In this document: one piece after another, positions 21,239-30,442 of the stretch | Position numbering within the stretch: position 1 is the first letter of the stretch | Layout: every line of letters starts with the position of its first letter | Assembly: GCA_964654795.1 (NCBI GenBank) | Contig: CAZZKC010000001.1 | Span: forward strand, 10,028 to 74,027 | DNA: 64,000 nucleotides | Reading direction: 5' to 3' | DNA from: an uncultured Puniceicoccaceae bacterium | GTDB lineage: Bacteria > Verrucomicrobiota > Verrucomicrobiia > Opitutales > Coraliomargaritaceae | The notes under the pieces: model-generated | Database searches by the model: none | Told to the model about the DNA's origin: nothing | What the model saw: only the letters and a program-made list of their open reading frames with translations | Made by a program: the position numbers and the translations under genes

Positions 21239-23148
21239 CTGGAGCCATTAGCCTATCGGCAGAACCTATAGCCGAGCTGTCCTTTTCTCTCGAGACGATG
21301 TCGAAATTGATCGCTCATCGTGGACCAGATGGACACTCACAATGGCACAATAAAAAAGGAACTGTTGGCCTCGCACATAGACGCTTAGCAGTAATTGACC
21401 TTTCAGAAGCAGCTGCACAACCAATGCAAACTGCCAATGGCCTTTGCTTAACTTACAACGGTGAAATTTATAACTACAAAGAACTGAATAAACAATTAGC
21501 TTCAGATTGGCATTTTAATTCTGCTTCCGACTCGGAAACAATCATTGCTACTTACAATCAATATGGTGAACGCTGCCCGGAAAAACTCAGAGGTATGTTT
21601 TCCTTCGCACTCTGGGATGAACAGAAAAAACGCTTATTCTGTGCGCGAGATAGATTTGGAATCAAGCCATTCTATTATGCTGTTATCGACCAAGTTTTAT
21701 ATTTTGCTTCTGAAGCAAAAGCACTACTCCCATTTCTACCTGAAATTGAAACAGATCGATCAGCATTTGCTGAGTACTTGACTTTTCAATACACAATTGG
21801 TGAAAAAACACTCTTTAAGCATATCAAACAGCTGCTACCCGGCCACAGCTTATCAGTGCAAAATGGTCAATTACAATTAGAACGCTACTGGGATGTTGAT
21901 TATCAAGTAAACTTCAATAGATCTCCTGAATCGTTTCATGAGGAACTGGAACACCTACTCAACGATTCGGTGAAAATGCACCTGAGAAGTGATGTAGAAA
22001 TGGGTAGCTATGTATCCGGCGGTATAGACTCCAGCTTAATCCATAGCTTATCTAATCAACAAGGGACTTGCCCACAAGCCTTTCACGGTCGTTTTACTGA
22101 CTACCCTGGACATGACGAAAGCGAATTTGCTAGAGCTGCCTGCACTCATGCTAGCGGCAATCTTAATTTAATCGATATCGGCCCAAATCATTTCGTCGAA
22201 AATATTGAAAAAATAATTTACCATTTAGATTTTCCAGTGGCTGGCCCAGGCTCATTTCCTCAGTTCATGACTTCACAACTGGCCGCACAACAAGTGAAAG
22301 TCGTACTCGGCGGACAAGGAGGAGATGAAATTTTTGGTGGTTATGCTCGTTATGTAATAGCCTATTTTGAACAGTGCATTAAAGCAGCAATAGATGGCCA
22401 CTACCAGAATGGAAACTTCGTAGTGACGCTTGAATCAATCGTACCCAATTTAGGGCTACTTAAGGAATACAAACCACTAATGAAAAAGTTTTGGAGCGAA
22501 GGTCTCTTCGAACCAATGGATCAGCGTTATTTTAGACTAGTCGATAGATCAACCGATATGCAGGAGGAAATCGACTGGGAGCAACTAAACAGCGATCAAG
22601 TATTCCAAGATTTTTCTACTATCTTTAATAATAAGGCAAACGTACGTAAAGAAGCTTACTTCGACAAAATGACGCACTTTGACTTTAAATGCTTAATCCC
22701 AGCACTCCTTCAGGTCGAAGACCGTATGAGTATGGCTCATGGCTTGGAAAGCCGGGTACCTTTGCTCGACCATCCACTAATCGAATTTGCAGCAACAATT
22801 CCAGCGGATATTAAGTTCAAAGACGGCCAAATGAAACATCTGATAAAACAGGTATTCGCCAGTAAACTACCCTCCTCAATCATTAATAGACGGGACAAAA
22901 TGGGGTTTCCAGTTCCATTGAAAGAATGGTTTGGGAACGAACTGAAAGACTTTGCTCAAGATACTTTCAAAACAATGTCTCAAAGAAATAGGCCTTACAT
23001 AAACTCTGACGCAGTATTAAAAAACTTCGGTACGGAAGCACGATTTTCCAGAAAAACATGGGGATTACTTAGCTTAGAACTATGGCATCAACAATTTCAT
23101 GATAAAGCCGCCGAATGGCGCCGCTTAAAAACAAACACTACCCTCTAA
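21226..23148 (+). CDS. asparagine synthase (glutamine-hydrolysing) family amidotransferase (WbpS-like)
   Basis: N-terminal nucleophile MCGIAG, PP-loop SGGIDSS, 640 aa. Embedded in a glycan operon. Confidence 0.85.
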   Translation: MCGIAGAISLSAEPIAELSFSLETMSKLIAHRGPDGHSQWHNKKGTVGLAHRRLAVIDLSEAAAQPMQTANGLCLTYNGEIYNYKELNKQLASDWHFNSASDSETIIATYNQYGERCPEKLRGMFSFALWDEQKKRLFCARDRFGIKPFYYAVIDQVLYFASEAKALLPFLPEIETDRSAFAEYLTFQYTIGEKTLFKHIKQLLPGHSLSVQNGQLQLERYWDVDYQVNFNRSPESFHEELEHLLNDSVKMHLRSDVEMGSYVSGGIDSSLIHSLSNQQGTCPQAFHGRFTDYPGHDESEFARAACTHASGNLNLIDIGPNHFVENIEKIIYHLDFPVAGPGSFPQFMTSQLAAQQVKVVLGGQGGDEIFGGYARYVIAYFEQCIKAAIDGHYQNGNFVVTLESIVPNLGLLKEYKPLMKKFWSEGLFEPMDQRYFRLVDRSTDMQEEIDWEQLNSDQVFQDFSTIFNNKANVRKEAYFDKMTHFDFKCLIPALLQVEDRMSMAHGLESRVPLLDHPLIEFAATIPADIKFKDGQMKHLIKQVFASKLPSSIINRRDKMGFPVPLKEWFGNELKDFAQDTFKTMSQRNRPYINSDAVLKNFGTEARFSRKTWGLLSLELWHQQFHDKAAEWRRLKTNTTL

Positions 23149-23163
23149 AATAACTACCAACTT

Positions 23164-24102
23164 ATGAAAATACTAATAACAGGCGGATTAGGACAGATTG
23201 GCTCTCATATAGCAGAAGAATTTTTAACCCGAGGCGATAGCGTACTCGTAATCGATAACCTCGAGACAGGCCGTATAGAACACCTAGAAGAGCAACCAAA
23301 TCTACAGATAAAAATCGGAACAATCGCTGATCAAAATCTAGTCAATGAACTCTTCGATACATTCCGACCGGATGTCGTCGTTCACACCGCTGCTTCGTAC
23401 AAAGATCCTAATGATTGGTACAACGACACTCTAACAAACTGCGTAGGGGGTTCAAATATTGTTAACGCTGCCAAACAATTTGAAGTTTCCAGATTCATTT
23501 ATTTCCAGACCTCTCTTTGCTATGGTTTAAAACCTGATGAGCAGCCAATTACATTAAACCACCCAAGGCGCCCTGAAGGTAGTAGTTACGCCATTACAAA
23601 AACAACGAATGAACTTTTCCTAGAACATTCTGGAATAGACTTTGTTACGTTTCGACTCGCAAATGTTATCGGTCCACGAAATGTAGCAGGCCCTCTCCCT
23701 ATCTTTTATCAAAGACTCAAAGATGGTAAGCAATGCTTCGTCACTCGCTCTCGGCGAGATTTCGTCTTCGTAAAAGATCTCGCAAAAACCGTAATCCAAG
23801 CATGTGATGGCACTGGAGCAGGCACCTACCATTTTTCTACCGGCAGCGATGTAGCTATCAGCGAGCTCTATGATGCAGTGGTTGAAGCAATGAACTTAGA
23901 AAGTTATCCTGAACCACAAGTTCGAGACCTTGGACCAGATGATGTTGCCTCCATCCTCTTAGATCCAAGTCGCACCTTAGAAGACTTTGGACCTATAGAA
24001 TTTACACCGATAAAGCAAACAGTTGCAGCAGCGATACAGTATTTTCAAGAGCATGGAACCCTCGGAGAATATACTCACCTGAATTTTGAACAGAAGAAAT
24101 AA
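23164..24102 (+). CDS. NAD-dependent epimerase/dehydratase (extended SDR), paralogue 1
   Basis: ILITGGLGQIGSH, YAITK (YxxxK); 312 aa. Confidence 0.85.
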   Translation: MKILITGGLGQIGSHIAEEFLTRGDSVLVIDNLETGRIEHLEEQPNLQIKIGTIADQNLVNELFDTFRPDVVVHTAASYKDPNDWYNDTLTNCVGGSNIVNAAKQFEVSRFIYFQTSLCYGLKPDEQPITLNHPRRPEGSSYAITKTTNELFLEHSGIDFVTFRLANVIGPRNVAGPLPIFYQRLKDGKQCFVTRSRRDFVFVKDLAKTVIQACDGTGAGTYHFSTGSDVAISELYDAVVEAMNLESYPEPQVRDLGPDDVASILLDPSRTLEDFGPIEFTPIKQTVAAAIQYFQEHGTLGEYTHLNFEQKK

Positions 24103-24108
24103 GGAACC

Positions 24109-25044
24109 ATGCGATTATTAATCACTGGAGGAGCCGGATGCCTAGGCTCAAACTTAATCGAACATTACCTACCTCAAGGTCACGAAGTTTGCGTCATTGA
24201 CAATTTTGCAACCGGCAAACGTGAGGTCTTACCGAACTTACCTGAGCTGACGTTAGTTGAAGGATCAATAGCGGACATTGCGTTACTAGAGAATGCGTTT
24301 GAGCAATTTCGGCCAACACATGTAATTCACAGTGCAGCAGCATACAAGGACCCAACTGATTGGCAGGAAGACATTGCGACCAATATAACTGGCTCTGCTA
24401 ATTTAGCACTCATTGCAAAACGTTATGACATCGTACAACTAATCAATTTTCAAACAGCACTTTGTTACGGTCGCCCTACACAAACACCTATACAGATAGA
24501 CCATCCCACGGCTCCCTTCACCAGCTACGGGACCTCAAAAACTGCTGGTGAATCCTACTTGCTACAATCAGAGCTTCCAGTCGTCTCCCTCCGACTCGCA
24601 AACATTTGTGGTCCTCGATTGTCAATCGGTCCAATACCAACTTTCTACAACCGTCTAAAAGAAGGAAAAAACTGCTTTTGTAGTGCGGCAATTAGAGACT
24701 TCCTCGACATGCAGGATTTTCTGCAGCTCATGGACACACTTATAGCATCAGCACCACTCTCGGGCACCTACAACGTGTCCACCGGCGAGGGTAAAAGTAT
24801 AAGTGATGTATTTCAAACAGTTGCTCAATACTTAGGCATCGAAGAGCAAGAACCGCCTGTCGTTCCAGTCGGTGACGATGATGTCGAGGTAGTCGTGCTG
24901 GATCCTTCGGAAACTGAAAAAGCTCTAAACTGGAAAGCTAAAGTCTCTTTCACTGATATGATTCATAAGCAACTAAAATGGTATGATACATATGGAGTCT
25001 CTTCAATCTACAGCCATTTAAAAGCGACTCAAGCAAACCAATAA
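24109..25044 (+). CDS. NAD-dependent epimerase/dehydratase (extended SDR), paralogue 2
   Basis: LLITGGAGCLGSN, YGTSK; 311 aa. Colinear similarity to the preceding gene (for example VIDN..TG, AAAYKDP.DW, FQT.LCYG). Confidence 0.85.
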   Translation: MRLLITGGAGCLGSNLIEHYLPQGHEVCVIDNFATGKREVLPNLPELTLVEGSIADIALLENAFEQFRPTHVIHSAAAYKDPTDWQEDIATNITGSANLALIAKRYDIVQLINFQTALCYGRPTQTPIQIDHPTAPFTSYGTSKTAGESYLLQSELPVVSLRLANICGPRLSIGPIPTFYNRLKEGKNCFCSAAIRDFLDMQDFLQLMDTLIASAPLSGTYNVSTGEGKSISDVFQTVAQYLGIEEQEPPVVPVGDDDVEVVVLDPSETEKALNWKAKVSFTDMIHKQLKWYDTYGVSSIYSHLKATQANQ

Positions 25045-25054
25045 ACAGTTCAAA

Positions 25055-26122
25055 ATGGATTTTAAAAATACAAAAATACTTATCGTTGGTGGTGCCGGCT
25101 TTGTCGGAAGCAATCTATCTCGAAGATTACTGGCAACTGAAGAAATAAAGCAATTAATCGTAGTCGATAACTTCATTTCAGCTGAAATATCAAACCTACC
25201 TGAAGATCCAAAGCTCACACTCCTTTCAGGTAGTATTACAGAAGATGCTATTTTGGAAAAACTACCCGCCGATTTGGATTTTGCTTTCCATCTAAGCTGC
25301 TATCACGGCAATCAGTCATCGATTCAAAATCCACTCGAAGACCACGCAAACAATACACTAACTAGCTTAAAACTCTTTGAAAAACTCAAAGAAATTAAAA
25401 CACTTAAAAAAGTCGTCTATTCCGCGGCAGGGTGCGCCGTCGCAAAGAAAACGAATGATACTGCCACCGCGACAATAGAAGATGCACCCATCTCACTCTT
25501 TCATGATAGCCCCTACTCAATCTCTAAGCTCATTGGAGAGATGTATGGAAATTACTATTACTCACAACATGGCTTACCATTTGTTAAAGCTAGGTTCCAA
25601 AATGTATATGGCCCCGGTGAAATACTTGGAGCTGGAAAATGGAGAGGAACACGCCACACAGTTTGGCGCAATGTGACACCGACGTTCGTATGGAAAGCAA
25701 TTCACTCTGAAGCATTGCCTCTGGAAAATGGAGGCATCGCTACCAGAGACTTCATTTATGTAGATGATATTGTCGAAGGCCTTATCGCCTGTGCAAAAAA
25801 AGGCACTCCTGGAGAAGCCTACAATCTAGCTTCCGGCGAGGAAACATCCATTCGAGACTGGGCCGAAACAATCAGTGAGTTGGCAGGTAATTCTACACCA
25901 GTCGAAAAACAGCCAGCACGCAAATGGGATAACTCTATTAAGCGTTTTGGATCTACCGATAAAACCGAAATGGAGTTAGGTTTCCGCGCAAAAATTAAAA
26001 AGGAAGAAGGCCTGAAAAAAACCATAGAATGGACCATTAATAATAGAAAATTAATTGTCGATTCGATGATTAAACATCTCGAGCACTTACCTGACTTAGC
26101 TCAATACAAAGAAAGTAATTAG
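25055..26122 (+). CDS. NAD-dependent epimerase/dehydratase (extended SDR), third copy
   Basis: ILIVGGAGFVGSN, YSISK; 355 aa. Confidence 0.85.
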   Translation: MDFKNTKILIVGGAGFVGSNLSRRLLATEEIKQLIVVDNFISAEISNLPEDPKLTLLSGSITEDAILEKLPADLDFAFHLSCYHGNQSSIQNPLEDHANNTLTSLKLFEKLKEIKTLKKVVYSAAGCAVAKKTNDTATATIEDAPISLFHDSPYSISKLIGEMYGNYYYSQHGLPFVKARFQNVYGPGEILGAGKWRGTRHTVWRNVTPTFVWKAIHSEALPLENGGIATRDFIYVDDIVEGLIACAKKGTPGEAYNLASGEETSIRDWAETISELAGNSTPVEKQPARKWDNSIKRFGSTDKTEMELGFRAKIKKEEGLKKTIEWTINNRKLIVDSMIKHLEHLPDLAQYKESN

Positions 26123-26137
26123 AAAATTTCAGAGATA

Positions 26138-27403
26138 ATGGATCGTTTGAACATTCTCATACTCCACAAAATGGGTGACCCCCAAAATTGGAGAAATGCA
26201 GTCAAAAATCTTGAGTATCTACTGCCGACAAATTGTTCAGAAAATAATTATATCGTTCATCCCTCTGAACTTCCACTGCCCAAGTATATCAAACACCTTA
26301 ACTTCCATGGAATTATCCTTGGACCTACATTTTTATGCCATCGCTATTACCCCAAAAGATATGCACGAATTTTAAAACAATATCAGTTCATAGAAGATTC
26401 GAACGCCTATAAAATTGCCCTGCCTCAGGACGATTATGATTGCTCAGCAATTTTGGACGAATGGCTCGTTAAATGGAAAATAGACGAAGTTTACTCAGTC
26501 ATTCCGACTCATCGCGAGATTTTGTATCCTGAGTATAGTAAGGTAGGCATAATCAAAGATGGGTATACTGGTTACATAAGCGACGATTGGATTCAAACTT
26601 GGCAACATCCGAAACCATTTGAACAAAGAACAATAGATGTCTCATATCGTGCCAATAAACTGCCACCAAACTTTGGTCGAATCGGCATGATTAAGGGTGT
26701 GATCGGAGAACGTTTTACTGAAGCAACTCGTGGATCCGAATTAAAACTCGATATTTCAACAGATCCTAAAGACATGATTCCAGGGAACTCATGGAACACA
26801 TTCGTCGAAAATTCAAAACATTGCTTGGCCAGTAATAGTGGCAGCAGTTTAATTGATCCACGCGGAGAAATCAGAAGATCCGTAAACGACGCTCTAAAAC
26901 AAAATCCACAAGCAAGCTTTGAAGAAGTCGAACGCCTATGTTTTCCAGGAAAGGATTCCGAGTTTATCCTTACAGCAATCTCTCCCAGAAACCTCGAAGC
27001 AGCCCTCGCTGAAACAGTGCAAATCATGACACCTGGAGATTATAATGGGCTACTATCTCCAGACAGTGAATATCTCATCATTCACGAAGACTGCTCAAAT
27101 ATCACAGAAGTCATTGAAAAGATGAATGATACTAAGCTCCGGAAAAATATAATCAAAAACTGCAAAGAAAAGCTACTAAGCATCAAAGAATTAAGGGAAA
27201 AATATCATGCTAACAGACTTTTAGAAAGTATTTACGCTCATCAAAAAAATGAACCTAAAATGCTCACTGATAAAAATGACTTTCAACATATTAAAAATAG
27301 ATATAGCAACGAAATATATTTATTAGGAAAAAGCTACTGGCTGCTCAGACGCTCTCTTAAAAATGCGTTTTCGATTATAAAATTTCAACCAAGCAGCCGT
27401 TAA
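26138..27403 (+). CDS. hypothetical protein, possible CgeB-like GT-B glycosyltransferase domain
   Basis: 421-aa ORF in operon context with no transmembrane segments. Only a weak resemblance of SPRNLEAALAETVQIM...YNGLL to the C-terminal motif of CgeB/Glyco_trans_1_2 proteins. Confidence 0.55.
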   Translation: MDRLNILILHKMGDPQNWRNAVKNLEYLLPTNCSENNYIVHPSELPLPKYIKHLNFHGIILGPTFLCHRYYPKRYARILKQYQFIEDSNAYKIALPQDDYDCSAILDEWLVKWKIDEVYSVIPTHREILYPEYSKVGIIKDGYTGYISDDWIQTWQHPKPFEQRTIDVSYRANKLPPNFGRIGMIKGVIGERFTEATRGSELKLDISTDPKDMIPGNSWNTFVENSKHCLASNSGSSLIDPRGEIRRSVNDALKQNPQASFEEVERLCFPGKDSEFILTAISPRNLEAALAETVQIMTPGDYNGLLSPDSEYLIIHEDCSNITEVIEKMNDTKLRKNIIKNCKEKLLSIKELREKYHANRLLESIYAHQKNEPKMLTDKNDFQHIKNRYSNEIYLLGKSYWLLRRSLKNAFSIIKFQPSSR

Positions 27404-27405
27404 AT

Positions 27406-29340
27406 ATGTGCGGGATCTGTGGCATCATCAGCAAAAACGTAATTTCAGCGAAAAACCTGGAATCGATGACTGTAAACTTAAGGCACCGTGGACCCGATGC
27501 AGAAGGCTATCTTCATATAAATACTATTCAGGATAGTAGTCGAAAAGCCAAAAAAATTGAAGCACATAACATCACCTCAAATATTGCTCTAGGGCATCGT
27601 AGACTAGCGATTATTGATTTAGATAATCGATCTCGTCAACCGATGGCTTCAAGCGATGGAAAGTTGAGCATCACTTATAACGGAGAAATTTATAATTATA
27701 AAGAAATCAGAAATACTCTAATACAATTAGGGTATAAATTTACAACTGAATCCGACACAGAAGTACTGATAAACGCATGGCAGCACTGGAAAAGTGATTG
27801 CCTCAATATAATTGAAGGAATGTTTGCATTTGTGATTTTTGATCACGAAAACGGAACCATACACTGTGCTCGAGATGCCTTTGGGATTAAGCCATTTTTC
27901 TACCATAAAAATAAAGATTCATTTGTTTTTTCATCAGAACTAGAATCACTACATGAAGGGCTAAAAAGAGACAAAGCACTCAACCTACAACAAACATACG
28001 ACTATCTCATATGGGGAAAACATGACTGCTCTACAAACTCTCTATACCAAGACGTAGAAACTCTACAGCCCGGGCATTTACTGACGATTGAACTCAAAAG
28101 CACATATCAATACACGATAACACGCTGGTGGCAGCCAAGCATTCAGGAGAATACAGATATTTCCTTTGAGGAGGCGGCAAATGAGGTTCGTAGTCATTTT
28201 TTAAAAAGCCTACGCTTCCACATGAGAAGCGATGTCGCAATCGGCGCAGCCCTTTCTGGCGGAATTGATTCGTCTGCAATCGTCTGCGGGATGAGGGAAC
28301 TGGAACCAGATCTACCAATTCATACCTTTACTTACTCCGCAGACAGCGAAGCAATAAACGAACAAAAATGGGCTGATATCGTAAATAAACATGTGAATGC
28401 GATACAGCATACCATCCAGATTGACGACAGGGAACTCGCTGAAAACTTGGAAGGCCTGATAAAGGCTCAAGGAGAACCTTTCAGGTCTACAAGTATCTAT
28501 GCCCAATACTGTGTTTATAAAAAGATCAAAGAAACAGGAATCACTGTCTCACTTGATGGTCAAGGTGCAGATGAACTTTTCGGTGGTTACAACGGATATC
28601 CACAAGCAAAAATTAATGGGCTCATCAGACAAAAAAAGCTATCGGACCTTTACTCATTTATCAAAAGTTGGAGCAAAGGACACGGGCAAAACAAAAAAAT
28701 GGTAATCAACCATTTAATAAGAAGCATAACACCCGATTTTCTTCTAAACGCTGGATACAAAGCTTACGGCCAAAACCCTGCACCCAGCTGGTTAAACAAG
28801 AATTACCTTGAAAATAACGGCGCTCAAGTATCGATAAGCAACCTACAAAATCTAAACAAAGTCGCAGCGAATAGAACGCTTTGCCACACCCTTCGAGAAG
28901 CACTAACCAATAAAGGACTCCAGTCGCTCTTAAGGTACGGTGATCGAAACTCTATGCGCTGGTCAGTTGAAAGCAGGTTTCCATTTTTATGTCGAGAACT
29001 TGTAGAATTTTCACTTACATTACCAGATCGTTATTTAGTCTCAAATAAAGCACTGACAAAAACAGTGTTTCGAACAGCTATGCGAGGTATCGTTCCTGAC
29101 AAAGTTTTAGATCGAAGCGATAAGGTCGGGTTTAACACACCAGAGAGTCAATGGTTAATTCAACAGTCAAAAAAAGTTGAACAGTGGACAGATAATCTAG
29201 ATGCGCTTCCATTTATAAATACTGACGCATGTCGATCTTATATAAAATCAATATTAGATCAGAATATTAAATATGATTCTAGCCTATGGCGGATTATAAA
29301 TCTTTGCATCTGGTCTAAACAAAATAATATTAAATTATAA
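27406..29340 (+). CDS. asparagine synthase family amidotransferase, second copy
   Basis: MCGICG N-terminus, SGGIDSS PP-loop; 644 aa. Confidence 0.85.
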   Translation: MCGICGIISKNVISAKNLESMTVNLRHRGPDAEGYLHINTIQDSSRKAKKIEAHNITSNIALGHRRLAIIDLDNRSRQPMASSDGKLSITYNGEIYNYKEIRNTLIQLGYKFTTESDTEVLINAWQHWKSDCLNIIEGMFAFVIFDHENGTIHCARDAFGIKPFFYHKNKDSFVFSSELESLHEGLKRDKALNLQQTYDYLIWGKHDCSTNSLYQDVETLQPGHLLTIELKSTYQYTITRWWQPSIQENTDISFEEAANEVRSHFLKSLRFHMRSDVAIGAALSGGIDSSAIVCGMRELEPDLPIHTFTYSADSEAINEQKWADIVNKHVNAIQHTIQIDDRELAENLEGLIKAQGEPFRSTSIYAQYCVYKKIKETGITVSLDGQGADELFGGYNGYPQAKINGLIRQKKLSDLYSFIKSWSKGHGQNKKMVINHLIRSITPDFLLNAGYKAYGQNPAPSWLNKNYLENNGAQVSISNLQNLNKVAANRTLCHTLREALTNKGLQSLLRYGDRNSMRWSVESRFPFLCRELVEFSLTLPDRYLVSNKALTKTVFRTAMRGIVPDKVLDRSDKVGFNTPESQWLIQQSKKVEQWTDNLDALPFINTDACRSYIKSILDQNIKYDSSLWRIINLCIWSKQNNIKL

Positions 29341-29353
29341 CTCACTAGAACTC

Positions 29354-30442
29354 ATGAAAATTTGCTCAGTAGTTGGCGCACGTCCACAATTCATAAAGCT
29401 CGCTCCACTTTGCCATGCACTCAACAAGCTATCAACAGTTGAGCATAGTATCGTCCACACAGGTCAACACTATGATCCAAACATGTCAGAGGTCTTCTTC
29501 AATACATTGGAAATCCCCAATCCAGATATTAATCTCGGCATATCAAATGGATCTCATGCAGAGATGACAGCGCAAATGTTGGTAAAGCTAGAAAAGGCTT
29601 TTTTAAAGATTAAACCAGACACAGTAGTCGTTTTCGGCGACACAAACTCAACACTTGCAGCAGCACTTGCAGCAGCAAAAATCGGAATTCCGATATCTCA
29701 TATAGAAGCTGGCTTACGGTCTTATAATCGAGCAATGCCAGAAGAAATCAATCGCATCGTAACAGATGAATTATCTGACCTACTTTTCACACCAACTAAA
29801 AGCGCAGCTGATATCCTTCACACTGAAAACAAAAAATCTGAAAACATTATAAATTCAGGGGACATCATGCTTGATGCTTCTCGCCTAGCCATCAAAAGGG
29901 CGAATTCAGATGCAACATTAAGAAATCATAATGTAACCAAAAACAACTACATTATAGCAACGCTGCATCGTGCAGAAAACACAGATGATCCTAATCGTCT
30001 TCAGACATGGATTCGCGAACTCAATTCTATAGGAGCAAATGAACATATAATACTTCCAATACATCCAAGAACTCTCAAAAAATTAAAAGAATATGAGATT
30101 ACAGAAGCGATGCATTCCAATATTTCATTAATCTCTCCATTAGATTTCATAGAAATGACGACACTCGTTGCAAATTCCAAATCAGTTATAACTGACTCAG
30201 GTGGCGTACAGAAGGAGGCTTATTTCCACAGTCGACCCTGCTTAATACTACGCAATGAAACTGAATGGAATGAACTCCTAGCGACAGGATGGAGCGCATT
30301 GGTTCAATGTAAGGAACATGCCCTTGAACAAGCTTTTCATAAACACAAAATCCCCAATAATTCGGAAACAGATCAAGTCTTCGGAGATGGTAATGCTGCG
30401 ACTAAAATTTGTGATGCACTAATGAAGCGTTTCTCAAAATGA
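29354..30442 (+). CDS. UDP-N-acetylglucosamine-type 2-epimerase, non-hydrolysing (WecB/WbpI family)
   Basis: VVGARPQFIKLAP, HTGQHYD, HIEAGLRS and DSGGVQKEA motifs. Confidence 0.85.
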   Translation: MKICSVVGARPQFIKLAPLCHALNKLSTVEHSIVHTGQHYDPNMSEVFFNTLEIPNPDINLGISNGSHAEMTAQMLVKLEKAFLKIKPDTVVVFGDTNSTLAAALAAAKIGIPISHIEAGLRSYNRAMPEEINRIVTDELSDLLFTPTKSAADILHTENKKSENIINSGDIMLDASRLAIKRANSDATLRNHNVTKNNYIIATLHRAENTDDPNRLQTWIRELNSIGANEHIILPIHPRTLKKLKEYEITEAMHSNISLISPLDFIEMTTLVANSKSVITDSGGVQKEAYFHSRPCLILRNETEWNELLATGWSALVQCKEHALEQAFHKHKIPNNSETDQVFGDGNAATKICDALMKRFSK

